DNA of 64,000 nucleotides from Longimicrobiales bacterium (GTDB taxonomy: Bacteria; Gemmatimonadota; Gemmatimonadetes; Longimicrobiales; Gaopeijiaceae). The stretch spans positions 704,001-768,000 of the forward strand of contig CBDFIQ010000002.1 of the NCBI GenBank assembly GCA_965248195.1, written 5' to 3'. A program made the translations under genes and the position numbers. This document shows positions 26,980 through 37,503 of this stretch, piece after piece (the first letter of the stretch is position 1; each line of letters starts with the position of its first letter). Under the pieces are notes generated by a model. That model saw nothing but the letters and a program-made list of their open reading frames with translations. It was not told where the DNA came from and did no database searches.

Positions 26980-28746
26980 TCAGTACGCCATCCCGTACGC
27001 CTCGCGCCGCGGGTCGGCCGCCGCCGTGAGCGTCCCCGATGGCTCGACCCGAATCATCTGGGCCCCGCCGAAGGTCGCCGTCCAACCATGGATCACGCGA
27101 GGCTCGTGGCCCCGCCCGCTCAGATCCGAAAGGACATCCGCGGGAATCCGATCCTCGAAGCTCACTCCGAGGCCGTTATTGCTCCGAAAGCGGGGCGCCT
27201 CGATCGCGGCCTGGGGCGTCATCCCGAAGAGGAGCATATTGTTCACGATCTGGATCAGGGACTGCGTCTGGCTGTCCCCACCCGGAGTGCCGAGTGTGAA
27301 GGCCAGGCTACCGTCCGGGTTCAACGCCATCAGAGGTGTGAGCGTGTGGTACGGCCGCTTGCCGGGCGCGACCACGTCGGGATGGTTCGGGTCGAGCGTG
27401 AACCCCGACCCGCGATTCTGGAGGACGACGCCCGTTTCGGGCTCCAGCAATCCCGAACCGAACCCGGCGAACAGGCTTTGGATCCAACTCACGGCGTTGC
27501 CCCTCTCGTCGACCGCCGTGATATAGACCGTGTCCCCGGAGTCGTCGGTGTCCCCCTGCTGGGCGTCCGTCGAGACACGCCCCTCGATTCCCGGGGCCAC
27601 CTCCTCCGCGGCGTTCGCGCCAATTTTGGCGGCGCGCTCCCGCAGGTATGCTGCGTCGAGAAGTTCGTCGATGGGCAGGTCGGTGAACTCGGGGTCTGAG
27701 ACCCAGCGATCCCGATCAGCGAAGGCGAGCTTCTTGAGCTCGATGAGCGTGTGCAGGTAGTCGGCCGTGTTGTGCCCCATCGCGGCCAGGTCATGCTCCG
27801 CGGCCATCCCCATGAGGGAAATCTGGGCGATGCCTTGCGAGTTTGGAGGAAGCACCAGAATGCGGTGATCGAGGTAGCTGCCCTCGACGGGTGTCGTCCA
27901 TGTCGTCTCATGAGCCGCGAAGTCTGCAACGCGGAGGTAACCACCCTCTCGCTCCAGAAACGCGGAAATCGCCTCGGCAGGTACGCCACGGTAAAACGCG
28001 TCTTTACCCCCTTGGGCGATGCGCTCGAGAGTGGTGGCGAGCGCCGGATTTTTCAGAAGCGAGCCGACGGGGGGCGGCGAGCCGCCTGGCAGATAGAGGC
28101 CGAGCCCAGGCTCGTTCAGGCGTTGGGACGCCCCGGCGATGTCGCTCGCGAGGCGGCTGGACACCGGGAATCCGTCCCGCACGTAGGAGATCGCGGGAGC
28201 CAGCGCTTTTGCGAGGGATATAGTGCCGAAACGGGCCAGCGCATCATCCCACGCTGCGACAGCACCCGGGAGGCTGACAGAAAGGGGGCCGGAGCCTGGG
28301 ACGGATTCCTGCCCGGCTTGGGCGAAAAAGGAAGGAGTCGCTAGCGCTCCGGCCCGGCCGCTCCCGTTCATGCCAACGACGTCACCGGTAGCTCCATCGA
28401 AAAAGATACCGAAGGCGTCACCGCCCACCCCGTTCATGTGGGGTCGTACGACGGCCAATACACCGGCCATGGTCACCACCGCGTCCACTGCGTTGCCTCC
28501 TTCTCGGAGAACGGCGTACCCCGCGGCCGTGGCGAGTGGGTGGTCGGAGCTCACGGCTCCATGCACGCCTCGCACGTCAGGGCGATTCGTAACCGGGAAT
28601 TCCACTCCCGGGGCATCGTCCGAGGGGTCGGCTGCCGGGGCACCGCCCGAGGGGTCGGCTCCCGCAGGAGTACAGGCGAACAGGGCGAGGGTAAGGACGG
28701 GAGCGAGGCGAGCGGGAAGGTTTCCCGGATCGAGACGACTTTGCAT
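26980..28746 (-). CDS. ggt: Gamma-glutamyltransferase family lipoprotein
   Basis: GGNAVDA, GVGGDAF, nucleophile Thr in GDTVY, LQNRG, PGKRPYHTL, GTPGG, AADPRR; LFAC lipobox. Confidence 0.92.
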   Translation of the reverse strand: MQSRLDPGNLPARLAPVLTLALFACTPAGADPSGGAPAADPSDDAPGVEFPVTNRPDVRGVHGAVSSDHPLATAAGYAVLREGGNAVDAVVTMAGVLAVVRPHMNGVGGDAFGIFFDGATGDVVGMNGSGRAGALATPSFFAQAGQESVPGSGPLSVSLPGAVAAWDDALARFGTISLAKALAPAISYVRDGFPVSSRLASDIAGASQRLNEPGLGLYLPGGSPPPVGSLLKNPALATTLERIAQGGKDAFYRGVPAEAISAFLEREGGYLRVADFAAHETTWTTPVEGSYLDHRILVLPPNSQGIAQISLMGMAAEHDLAAMGHNTADYLHTLIELKKLAFADRDRWVSDPEFTDLPIDELLDAAYLRERAAKIGANAAEEVAPGIEGRVSTDAQQGDTDDSGDTVYITAVDERGNAVSWIQSLFAGFGSGLLEPETGVVLQNRGSGFTLDPNHPDVVAPGKRPYHTLTPLMALNPDGSLAFTLGTPGGDSQTQSLIQIVNNMLLFGMTPQAAIEAPRFRSNNGLGVSFEDRIPADVLSDLSGRGHEPRVIHGWTATFGGAQMIRVEPSGTLTAAADPRREAYGMAY

Positions 28747-28897
28747 TGGGTGGTATCTCCTGTCGACGGATCGATGTTGACGAGCCACGTGGCATCACGT
28801 TAGGGGACGACGTCGCGTTGAGCCAGAGCCCCTACTGGTCTGCCGTGGCCATCCGTCGTAGAGTGGCCTCCACTGTCCCCACCACAGGAGGACCCCG

Positions 28898-29800
28898 ATG
28901 AAGCTGCTGACCTCTACGATCATCGCGAGCGGACTCGGCTTTTTCGCCTTCAACGGCCTCGGCGCCCAGGGCTCTCCCGCGGCCCGCGCACAGACCCAGC
29001 CGGTGAACATGGGGGCCGCACTGAACGCCGCAGGACGGGACTCGGAGCCGACCTTCGGGACCGACCGGCGCACGATGTATTTCAACTGCGCCGACCGGAC
29101 GCCCACGGGTGGAAACGACATCTGCACATCGACGCTGGTCGACGGTGAGTGGACCCCAGCGGTGATCGTCCCTGCGCCGATCAGCACCGAGTATTCAGAG
29201 GTCGAACCCCTCCTCTCTCCCGACGGCAATCAGCTCTACATCATGAGCAATCGACCGGGCGGCCTCGGCAGCGCGGACATCTGGGTGAGCGAAAAGGTCG
29301 ACGGCGAGTGGACTGAGCCGAGGAACCTCGGCGTGCCTTTCAACTCGCCCTATGCAGACCACTGCCTCTACTTCACCGGACCTGATTGGAACATCGCCTA
29401 CTGGACGTCCACCCGGCCCGGCGGGTACGGCGGGAACGACATCTGGATGTCGGAGCGTGTGGACGGCGTCTGGCAGCAGGCCGTGAACCTGGGTTCGCAG
29501 GTCAACTCGGCCGGTAGCGAGCATCATTCGTTGCCCTCGGCCGATGGCCGCTCGCTGTACATCACCGCCACACGGGATGAGGGGTACGGCGAAGAGGACA
29601 TCTACGTGACCCACCGGGACGACCGCGGCGTGTGGGGTCCGCTCGTCAACTTGGGGCCATTGGTGAACACGGAAGAGAACGACCGCTGTCCCGCGTTCTC
29701 CCCCGATTTCGAGATCTTCTACTTCGACTCCGAGAGGGAGGGCGGGTACGGAGACAAGGATCTGTGGTGGGTCTACACGGAGAACATCGGAGCGGGCTAG
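28898..29800 (+). CDS. Exported PD40/TolB-like beta-propeller repeat protein
   Basis: Repeats of SxRPGGxGxxDIW and NLGxxVN; AGGAGG RBS; signal peptide. Confidence 0.85.
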   Translation: MKLLTSTIIASGLGFFAFNGLGAQGSPAARAQTQPVNMGAALNAAGRDSEPTFGTDRRTMYFNCADRTPTGGNDICTSTLVDGEWTPAVIVPAPISTEYSEVEPLLSPDGNQLYIMSNRPGGLGSADIWVSEKVDGEWTEPRNLGVPFNSPYADHCLYFTGPDWNIAYWTSTRPGGYGGNDIWMSERVDGVWQQAVNLGSQVNSAGSEHHSLPSADGRSLYITATRDEGYGEEDIYVTHRDDRGVWGPLVNLGPLVNTEENDRCPAFSPDFEIFYFDSEREGGYGDKDLWWVYTENIGAG

Positions 29801-31809
29801 GAGCGTCCCGGTAGCGTGACCGCCACCAATCCACCCTGGATCTGCACCACAATGTGCTGCCGTCCACGGTGCGTGTACGTCATCATGCCATAACGGCCGC
29901 TGGCCGGCAGCTCGACCTGGCCGAGCCGCTCACCGCTCGCCTTGTTCACGGCATAGAGGTAAGGCGTGCCGTCGCTTCCGTTGCCGGTATAGAACAGAAG
30001 AGTGGGTGTCACCAACTGCGCGGCCTGCTGGCCGCTGCCAGTGTTCCCGATGTCCACGCCCTGGAGGGCAGGGTGCCCGAGAATACGGTTCGGTGTGTCT
30101 CCCACGGGAATCCACCACAGGTGCTCACCCGTATTCATGTCGATCGCCGTAATCCTGCTGTAAGGAGGCTTGAAGATGGGGAGTCCCTGAACGTTGGTCC
30201 GAAAGCCTTGCCCGACGGCGAAGTCGCTGACCGTGGTACCTGTGGGCTGGGGGATCCGGGCGTCGCGCTCGTGGCCGGGAACGATCTCCCGCGAAGTGCA
30301 CCCCTTCTGCGAGGTGATATAGATGATGCCCGTCTCCGGGTCCGCGGCGGGCGTGCCATTGATGTTGGTACCACCGACGTCGCCAGGGCACCAGATCGCT
30401 CCACGCTTTCCGCGGTTGTTGTCCCGGTGTAGCGGCGGCTGGAAGAAGGGCCCGTAGTCGAAGTCCTCGAGGAGCGCCAACGCCTCCTGCCGAAGCTCGG
30501 GCGTGAAGTCGATCAGTTCGTCCTCCGCCAGCCCCTGGAGGTCGTACGGAGCCGGCCGCGTGGGGAAGGGCTGCGTCTCTGCCAGGTGCTCACCGGGGAT
30601 CCGGGACGGGGGAACCGGACGCTCCACGATAGGCCAGATCGGCTCGCCTGTCTCACGGTTGAACGCGTACGCGAACGCCTGCTTGGTGATCTGAACGAGG
30701 GCCGGAATCTCTTCACCTTCTACGATCACGTCCATCAGCACCGGTGCCGTGGAGGTGTCGTAATTCCAGATGTCGTGGTGGACCAACTGGAAATGCCATT
30801 TCCGCTCGCCGGTCCGGACGTCCAGCGCAATGAGGCTCGTGCTGAAGAGGTTGTCGCCCGGGCGGAAGCCACCCCAGAAATCCTGGGTGGCGCCGTTGGT
30901 CGGGATGTATACGAGGTTACGCTCCGGATCGGCCGAGAGTGGCGCCCAGGATGAAATATCGCCCGTCCACTCCCATGCATCGTTCTCCCAAGTGTCGTGG
31001 CCGAACTCGCCGGGGCCGGGAAGCACGTTGAACTTCCAGAGGTGTTCACCCGTACGGGCATCGTACCCCAGGATGTCGCCGGGGACGTTTTCGGGCCGGG
31101 CCTGGTTGTATCCCTGCTCCGCGGAGTTGCCCACGATGATGACGCCGTTTACCACGATCGGCGGTGAAGAGCTCGTGATGTAGCCGATCTCCAAGGGGAT
31201 CCCCGCGTAGGGATCGAAGGGATGGCCCAAGTCCTCCAGCAGGTCGACCGATCCGGTCTCGGGGAAACCGTCGATAGGCACGTGGCCCCCGAAGCCCGCG
31301 ATGGGTTGACCGGTATGCGCATCGAGCGCGTGGAGGAAGAACCCGGGCGACACCACGTAGATGATGTCCCTGCCGTCGATGTTTGCGTAGGCGACCCCCT
31401 TACCATGGTTCTTCCGCATGGAGTACTCCCACCGGAAGGTGCTGGGCTCGCGGAAGGTCCACAGCGTCTCCCCCGTGCCGGCGTCCATGGCAATCACGTA
31501 ACGGCGCTCTCCGGCCACCGTAATCAGCATGCCATCCACATAAATCGGCGTCGGGCGCGCCAGTACGTTCCCGAAACTGGCTCCGTCCCATTCCCAAGCG
31601 ACCTCGAGGTCGTCGAAGTTCCCGGCGGTAATCTGGTCGAGCGGGGAGTACTGCTGGCTCCCCACGTTGCCGCGGATGAAGGTCCATTCAGGCTGACGGC
31701 CAGCGCCGGTCCACTCCTGAGCCGGCGACGGCGCGACGACCAGCGTGCCGAAGGCTAGAGCGACCCAGGCTCCGATAAAAAAAGGACCCGAAGAATGGCG
31801 CTCCTTCAT
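29797..31809 (-). CDS. PQQ-binding beta-propeller quinoprotein (glucose dehydrogenase-like)
   Basis: YSPLDQIT, DNLFSTSLIALD..TGERKWHFQLVHHDIWNYD, KPPYSRITAIDMNTGEHLW. Confidence 0.88.
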   Translation of the reverse strand: MKERHSSGPFFIGAWVALAFGTLVVAPSPAQEWTGAGRQPEWTFIRGNVGSQQYSPLDQITAGNFDDLEVAWEWDGASFGNVLARPTPIYVDGMLITVAGERRYVIAMDAGTGETLWTFREPSTFRWEYSMRKNHGKGVAYANIDGRDIIYVVSPGFFLHALDAHTGQPIAGFGGHVPIDGFPETGSVDLLEDLGHPFDPYAGIPLEIGYITSSSPPIVVNGVIIVGNSAEQGYNQARPENVPGDILGYDARTGEHLWKFNVLPGPGEFGHDTWENDAWEWTGDISSWAPLSADPERNLVYIPTNGATQDFWGGFRPGDNLFSTSLIALDVRTGERKWHFQLVHHDIWNYDTSTAPVLMDVIVEGEEIPALVQITKQAFAYAFNRETGEPIWPIVERPVPPSRIPGEHLAETQPFPTRPAPYDLQGLAEDELIDFTPELRQEALALLEDFDYGPFFQPPLHRDNNRGKRGAIWCPGDVGGTNINGTPAADPETGIIYITSQKGCTSREIVPGHERDARIPQPTGTTVSDFAVGQGFRTNVQGLPIFKPPYSRITAIDMNTGEHLWWIPVGDTPNRILGHPALQGVDIGNTGSGQQAAQLVTPTLLFYTGNGSDGTPYLYAVNKASGERLGQVELPASGRYGMMTYTHRGRQHIVVQIQGGLVAVTLPGRS

Positions 31810-31931
31810 GTGAACTTCCCCACTGTTTGGGACTCTTCGGCCTCAGGCGGATCTAAGAAGGGCCGAGCTTGCGGCCTCGAGACCGGACAGGGTGGGGTAC
31901 CAACTGTTGATAGTATGTGTTCCTATGCCGT

Positions 31932-32039
31932 CGTGCTCGGAAGCGGGGAACCCGCCTTGTAAGCCTCACCCGGGCGCGGTACCATCCGACTTCAACCAAT
32001 CCTTGGAAAGCCGGCAACCTTGGCCGGCGGCGCGTTTTT
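31932..32039 (+). promoter_or_regulatory. Structured 5' leader (riboswitch candidate) of the folate operon
   Basis: P1 31932-31940 pairs with 31970-31978 enclosing a GCGGG-GAA-CCCGC hairpin; downstream GCCGGC hairpin 32010-32028 and T5; TGnTAGTAT -10-like element at 31908-31916. Confidence 0.5.
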
Positions 32040-32068
32040 GGAACGGCAGGAGCGCCAGCGGCGGAAAC

Positions 32069-32431
32069 ATGTCCCACCCGGAACTCACGATAAGCGGTGT
32101 TTTGCTGCCCATTCGCCTCGGTTGTTCGGTGGACGAGCGTCTCGATCCACAGCCGGTCGAGATCGATCTCACGATCCGATTCGGGACCCCTCCCCGAGGG
32201 ATGATCACGGATCGTCTCGAGGACACCGTTAGCTACGACTCATTGGTTGGCGCGATCAAGGAGGTGGCTTCGGATCGCGAGTTCTCACTGATCGAACACC
32301 TGGCGAATGAGATTTTCGTGTCACTTAGGAGCATCGTCGGGCCGGAGCACGAGCTTCGAGTCACGGTTCGAAAGGTCTCGCCGCCCATCCCGGAAATCAC
32401 CAAGGGTGCGGAATTCACGGTCGGCGACTGA
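32069..32431 (+). CDS. folB: Dihydroneopterin aldolase
   Basis: LGCSVDER...QPVEIDL, DTVSY, LIEHLA, VRK motifs; 120 aa from ATG 32069; precedes folKP. Confidence 0.88.
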   Translation: MSHPELTISGVLLPIRLGCSVDERLDPQPVEIDLTIRFGTPPRGMITDRLEDTVSYDSLVGAIKEVASDREFSLIEHLANEIFVSLRSIVGPEHELRVTVRKVSPPIPEITKGAEFTVGD

Positions 32432-32434
32432 GCC

Positions 32435-33799
32435 ATGGTGATCCTCGGCCTCGGCGGCAATCTGGGAAACCGCGCGATCCATCTGAAGAGGGCTATTTCG
32501 CGCCTGTCTCGGGGATGTGGAGCGGTTCTTCACGGCGTGAAATTGAGCCGGATCTATGAATCACCCGCGCTGACGCCGTCTGGGGCCCCGGCCGCATGGG
32601 ACCTCCCCTATTTGAACTGTGCTCTTTCCGGAGAGACGACCCTCGAGCCGGATGCGCTCCTGAGACGGGTCAAGGAAATCGAGAGATCGTTGGGCCGCCA
32701 AGACCATGAGCGGTGGGCCCCGAGAGTAGTCGACATAGATATCCTCTGGTGGCATGGAAGCGAGGTGCGATCCGAGAGTCTGACCATCCCCCATCCGGAA
32801 ATTCTGCGGCGACCGTTCGTATTGCAGCCTCTGCGTGACCTGATTCCGGAGGTGATCCTCGAGGGCGAGACCCTGGAGATGCACGCCATCCGGGTCGAGG
32901 CCCAGGCGTCCGCGGCGGAGGAGGGTACGCTCCCGGCTATCCACTCGCCGGAGGCCGACTTCGAGGTCAATTGCCCCACGCTCATGGGAATCCTCAACGT
33001 CACTCCCGACAGCTTCAGTGACGGCGGGCGCTTCATGAAACCCGAGGCCGCGCTTGGGCACGCCAGGAGGCTCTTGGCGGCGGGCGCCGGCATCATCGAC
33101 GTCGGCGCCGAATCCACGCGCCCCCACGGCGCTGCCCTCCATCCGGAAACCGAGTGGGAACGAGTGGAGCCGGTGCTGCACGGGCTGCGGAAACTTCAGG
33201 AGGAGTTCCGGCCGTCCGGCCCTCGATATCCTTTCCAGATCAGCATCGATTCCCGAAATCCTTCGACCGTTCGTTCGGCGCTGGGAATGGGCGTGGACGT
33301 GCTGAACGACGTCACGGGGTTCCGCCATCCCGGAATGCTGGAGATCGCCCAGGGTACGGACGTCCCACTCGTTTTCATGCACAGTCTGTCCATTCCGGTT
33401 GTGAAGGGGGAGTCCATTCCGCGCGATCGGGACCCTATGGAGTTCTTGATCGCGTGGGCGCACGAACGGTTGGCCGATTTCGATCACAGAGGAATCGCCC
33501 GGCACCGCCTCATCTTCGATCCCGGGATCGGCTTCGGAAAATCGGTCCGCCAAAATTGGCATATTCTGGAGCACGTGGAGCGCTTCCATGACCTTGGCCT
33601 ACCGCTACTCATTGGGCACAGCCGGAAGTCCTTCCTGCAAGCGGTGACGGACAAGGCGAGTGCAGAACGCGATGCGGAGACGCTCGCCGTCAGCCAGGGT
33701 CTCACCACGAAGGGCGTAGAAATTCTTCGCGTACACGACGTGGAAGGACACGCGCGGCTGTTCCATAGGCTCCACTCGACGATCATGGCTTCAGCGTAG
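32435..33799 (+). CDS. folKP: Fused HPPK-dihydropteroate synthase
   Basis: N: LGLGGNLG, WAPRVVDIDIL, IPHP..RPFV; C: MGILNVTPDSFSDGG, DVGAESTRP, DPGIGFGK, GHSRKS, RVHDV. Confidence 0.95.
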   Translation: MVILGLGGNLGNRAIHLKRAISRLSRGCGAVLHGVKLSRIYESPALTPSGAPAAWDLPYLNCALSGETTLEPDALLRRVKEIERSLGRQDHERWAPRVVDIDILWWHGSEVRSESLTIPHPEILRRPFVLQPLRDLIPEVILEGETLEMHAIRVEAQASAAEEGTLPAIHSPEADFEVNCPTLMGILNVTPDSFSDGGRFMKPEAALGHARRLLAAGAGIIDVGAESTRPHGAALHPETEWERVEPVLHGLRKLQEEFRPSGPRYPFQISIDSRNPSTVRSALGMGVDVLNDVTGFRHPGMLEIAQGTDVPLVFMHSLSIPVVKGESIPRDRDPMEFLIAWAHERLADFDHRGIARHRLIFDPGIGFGKSVRQNWHILEHVERFHDLGLPLLIGHSRKSFLQAVTDKASAERDAETLAVSQGLTTKGVEILRVHDVEGHARLFHRLHSTIMASA

Positions 33800-33858
33800 G
33801 AGGGTGAGCGGACGGGGGGCGGGTCGCGCTGCACTCGGGCTTCTGAGCCAAAGGGAAA

Positions 33859-34863
33859 TCAGTCCGGTCCCCGCCACTCCCGCAGGAACTCGAGCAGGAC
33901 GGACGCCGAGTTGCCTGCGGCCAGAGGGCCGAACATGCGGATCTGATTCCCGCTTTCGTTGGCACCGGCAAGATCAGACAGGGATCGGAACCCCAGGAAT
34001 GGCACGCCGTTGAGCGTGGCAACCTGAGAGATCGCTGCCGTCTCCATGTCCACGGCTTCTGCGGCGAACGTGCGCCAGATCCAGTCGCGAAACTCGGCGT
34101 TGTTCACGAAGGTGGAACCACTGACCCCGTTGCCCCCAACAACAACACGGGGTTGGTGGTCGAGGCAATCGCCGTCTGGCAGGCAACGGGCCAGCGTGAT
34201 GTCCGCCGCGACCGTGCGAGCGACGACAAGCATGTCGTCATCAACCGAAAACCAGAATTGTCGGCGCTGCCCCCGGGCTCCGAAGCCACCGCCACTGAGA
34301 AACTGCCCGCGTGGAAACATCATGCCGAAGTTCTCGAATTCGCCGCCGCGCCCGTCGGTGTCCCAACCGTCGTCGGTTGCTCTCGCGAAGACCATCTCCT
34401 GGTGCTGCCCCCATTGCGCCGGCACCACGACGTCGCCGACCGACAAGTCCGGGCTCACGCCCCCAGCAATACCCGAGACAACGATCCCACCGACGTCGAA
34501 GTGATCGATCACCGCCTGGGTCGCCGCCGCAGCGTTGACCATGCTGATGCCGGCAAGGACCAACACAACTGCGTGCCCTTCGAGGCGGCCCACGTGGTGC
34601 GTCCGCCCTGCGATCTCCACCGTGCGCTCTATGCGCGCTACGGTGAGCAGGCGATCGAGCTCTTCCGGTAGGGCCGAGATGACGACGACACGTTGCACGT
34701 CAGCGTCGCGATATGAAGGGGGCTGATTCGTGCCGGCCGGTTGAGGCTCACCGGCCTGAACCGTGGTAGACGAGGCAGAAACGCAGCCCTGCAACGCTCC
34801 GACGGTGAGGGCAACACCCAGAACCAACGCACGAGTTCGCATGGCCAGCCATTCTGACGTCAT
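33859..34863 (-). CDS. MTA/SAH nucleosidase family (purine phosphorylase family 1) lipoprotein
   Basis: GISMVNAA, SGIAGG, AVDMETAA, RSLSDLAG; LQGC lipobox. Confidence 0.85.
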   Translation of the reverse strand: MTSEWLAMRTRALVLGVALTVGALQGCVSASSTTVQAGEPQPAGTNQPPSYRDADVQRVVVISALPEELDRLLTVARIERTVEIAGRTHHVGRLEGHAVVLVLAGISMVNAAAATQAVIDHFDVGGIVVSGIAGGVSPDLSVGDVVVPAQWGQHQEMVFARATDDGWDTDGRGGEFENFGMMFPRGQFLSGGGFGARGQRRQFWFSVDDDMLVVARTVAADITLARCLPDGDCLDHQPRVVVGGNGVSGSTFVNNAEFRDWIWRTFAAEAVDMETAAISQVATLNGVPFLGFRSLSDLAGANESGNQIRMFGPLAAGNSASVLLEFLREWRGPD

Positions 34864-36127
34864 TAGGCCGCCCGGTTGCTTTGTCGACGGTCGAGCTGTT
34901 TCATAGGCGGCATTCGTAGGCAATAGGCCACATTAGAGGACAATAGACAACGGCGTGCTCCCAGGCTCATAGGAAATTCGATGAAAGAAATCTTGACCTC
35001 TTTGGGTATTGAAGACAGCAATCTCGGGGGATTCTGCGGGGAATGGGTGGGATCCGGCCCTGAGCTTGCGGTCACGACTCCGATCGACGGATCGAAGCTT
35101 GCCACGGTGCGGCAGGTCACCGAGGGGGAGTACGACGCCATCGTCTCCCGTGCCCACGAGGCGTTCATGCGCTGGCGCACCGTCCCGGCTCCTCGCCGTG
35201 GGGATTTGGTCCGTCAGATTGGGGGCCGGCTGCGCGAAGTCAAGGCCGAGTTGGGCGCGCTCGTCACCCTCGAGATGGGCAAGATCAGAGCCGAGGGCGA
35301 GGGCGAAGTCCAGGAGATGATCGACATCTGCGACTTCGCCACGGGTCTATCCCGTCAGTTATATGGGCTCACGATCGCCTCCGAACGGCGAGACCACCGG
35401 ATGATGGAGCAGTGGCACCCCCTAGGGGTTGTCGGGGTGATCAGCGCATTCAATTTCCCGGTGGCTGTTTGGAGCTGGAACGCGGCACTCGCTTCGGTAT
35501 GTGGAGATTCCGTCCTGTGGAAGCCGGCGAGCCAGACGCCTCTCACGGCCATCGCCGTTACCAAGGTTGCCCAAGCCGTCTGTGAAGAAAATGGGGTCGA
35601 TCCCGCTATCTTCTCGCTCACGGTGGGGAAGGGATCCACGGTTGGGGACAGGCTCCTCCACGATCGCAGGATCCCCCTCGTGTCGGCGACCGGGAGTTGC
35701 GCAGTGGGATATCGGGTTGGGGAGGTGGTGGGCAAGCGGCTCGGCCGCACGATTCTGGAGCTCGGTGGCAACAACGCGGTCATCGTGACGGCACACGCCG
35801 ATCTCGATCTGGCGCTCCCTGCAATCCTATTCGGTTCGGTGGGGACGGCGGGACAGCGATGCACGAGCACCCGCCGAATCATCGTTCATGAGTCGGTCCG
35901 GGAAGAATTTGTCGAGCGCCTAACGCGGGCCTATGAAGGTGTTCGCGTTGGAAATCCCCTGGAACCAGAAACGCTGATGGGGCCGCTCGTGAACGGTGGG
36001 GCTGTCGAAGACCTCCAGAGTACGATTTCACGGGTTCGGAAAGAGGGCGGGGAGATCCTGTATGGAGGCGAGCCGCTTGAGGGTCCGGAGTACCCGGGCG
36101 GGCACTATGTAAGGCCGTGCATCGCGT

Positions 36128-37503
36128 GGTCAAGTCCCGATTTGTGTGTAAAAGCGGAGGAAGCTCCTCGCCTTCGGCTAGGCTGCTTGGGCGACCTCCT
36201 GTTTCTGGAGGAGTGAGAGGTCGAGGTAACGCCGGTCGCCCCAGACGTGTGTGGTCCTGAGTGCGACGGCCGTGATGAGCCTGAGGGCGCTGGCCCGGTC
36301 CGGGAAGGCGCCGGCGGCCTTGATCCTGCGTTTGATCTCGCCGTGCAGCCGCTCGAGGCTGTTGGTGGTACGCAGCCGGGGCCAGTGCGCCTCGGGGAAC
36401 GCGTAGAACTGCGTCGCTGCCCCGAAGCCCCGCTCCAGGACCTCCACGGCCTCGGGCAGCTCCTTCTTCCAGCGTGCGCCGAACTCGCCCAGGAGCTTCT
36501 TCGCCTCGGCGAGTCCGGATGTCTGGAAGATCACCGAGACCTCACGCGCCACGCGCTTGCGTAGGCGGTGGGGGACCCTCGCCCCCACATTACGCTGCAG
36601 ATGGACCGTACACCTCTGACGGCGTGCCTCGGGCAGGAAGCGGCGGACCGCAGCTGCCAGGCCTGCGTGCTCATCGGCGATCACGAGCTCGACACCGCCG
36701 AGGCCGCGGTCCTGGAGTTGCTCGAGGAGCTCCGACCAGCTCTGCTGCGACTCCTCAGCGCCCAGCGTGACGGCCAGGAGCCGTCGGTGACCCTCAGGGC
36801 CCACTGCATACGCCACGAGCGCACTCACGTTCTCGACTTTGCGGGCCCAGCGGGCGTCCAAGAACGTGGCGTCCAGGTACAGATAGGGGTGAGGCCCCTC
36901 GATCGGCGCACGGCGCAGCCCTTCCACGGCCTCGTCGAGCCGTTTTGCCACACGACTCACCGTCGAGCGCCCAACACGCTCGCCCATCAGCGCCTCGGTG
37001 ACGTCGCCCATCTTGCGCTGTGACACGCCGCTCACATACGCCTCGACCATCATCTCGTCGAGCTCGGGGCTCCTGCGCTGGTAGCGGCCGATCACGTCGG
37101 CCGGCGAACCGTTGTCCCGGCTCCGGGGCATGGCGACCTCGATCTGCCCCAGGCTCGTCAGCAGCCGCCTCAGGTATGTGCCGTTCCTATGGTCCTTCCG
37201 GCTTCCCACCCGCTCGAAGCGGCGTGCACCTACCATGGCCTTCAGCTCCTCTTCCAGCACCATCTCGAGCGTCAGCCGGATCGCGCCTTGAAACAGCTCG
37301 CGCAAATCATCGCGTAGCTCGTCTTGCGTGGCCCGACCGATCTCCACAATCTCTTGCATCGGAAGCTCCTCTCCGGTTCCGAGCCTGCTCTGCAGACCCG
37401 GACTCCCGGGTTCATGTGACAGTGAACAACAACAGAGGAGCTTCCGTTTTTCTTTCCCTCCTGTCCAGCTTATCCGCTTTTACACAAATCTAGGGACACT
37501 ACC
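36128..37503 (-). mobile_element. IS256-family insertion sequence, copy 1 (1376 bp)
   Basis: Imperfect terminal IRs GGTCAAGTCCCGATTTGTGTGTAAAAGCGGA / GGTAGTGTCCCTAGATTTGTGTAAAAGCGGA; 8-bp TSD CATCGCGT (36120-36127, 37504-37511). Confidence 0.95.
36178..37359 (-). CDS. IS256-family (Mutator-like) DDE transposase
   Basis: [43 protein letters not shown]. Confidence 0.96.
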   Translation of the reverse strand: MQEIVEIGRATQDELRDDLRELFQGAIRLTLEMVLEEELKAMVGARRFERVGSRKDHRNGTYLRRLLTSLGQIEVAMPRSRDNGSPADVIGRYQRRSPELDEMMVEAYVSGVSQRKMGDVTEALMGERVGRSTVSRVAKRLDEAVEGLRRAPIEGPHPYLYLDATFLDARWARKVENVSALVAYAVGPEGHRRLLAVTLGAEESQQSWSELLEQLQDRGLGGVELVIADEHAGLAAAVRRFLPEARRQRCTVHLQRNVGARVPHRLRKRVAREVSVIFQTSGLAEAKKLLGEFGARWKKELPEAVEVLERGFGAATQFYAFPEAHWPRLRTTNSLERLHGEIKRRIKAAGAFPDRASALRLITAVALRTTHVWGDRRYLDLSLLQKQEVAQAA

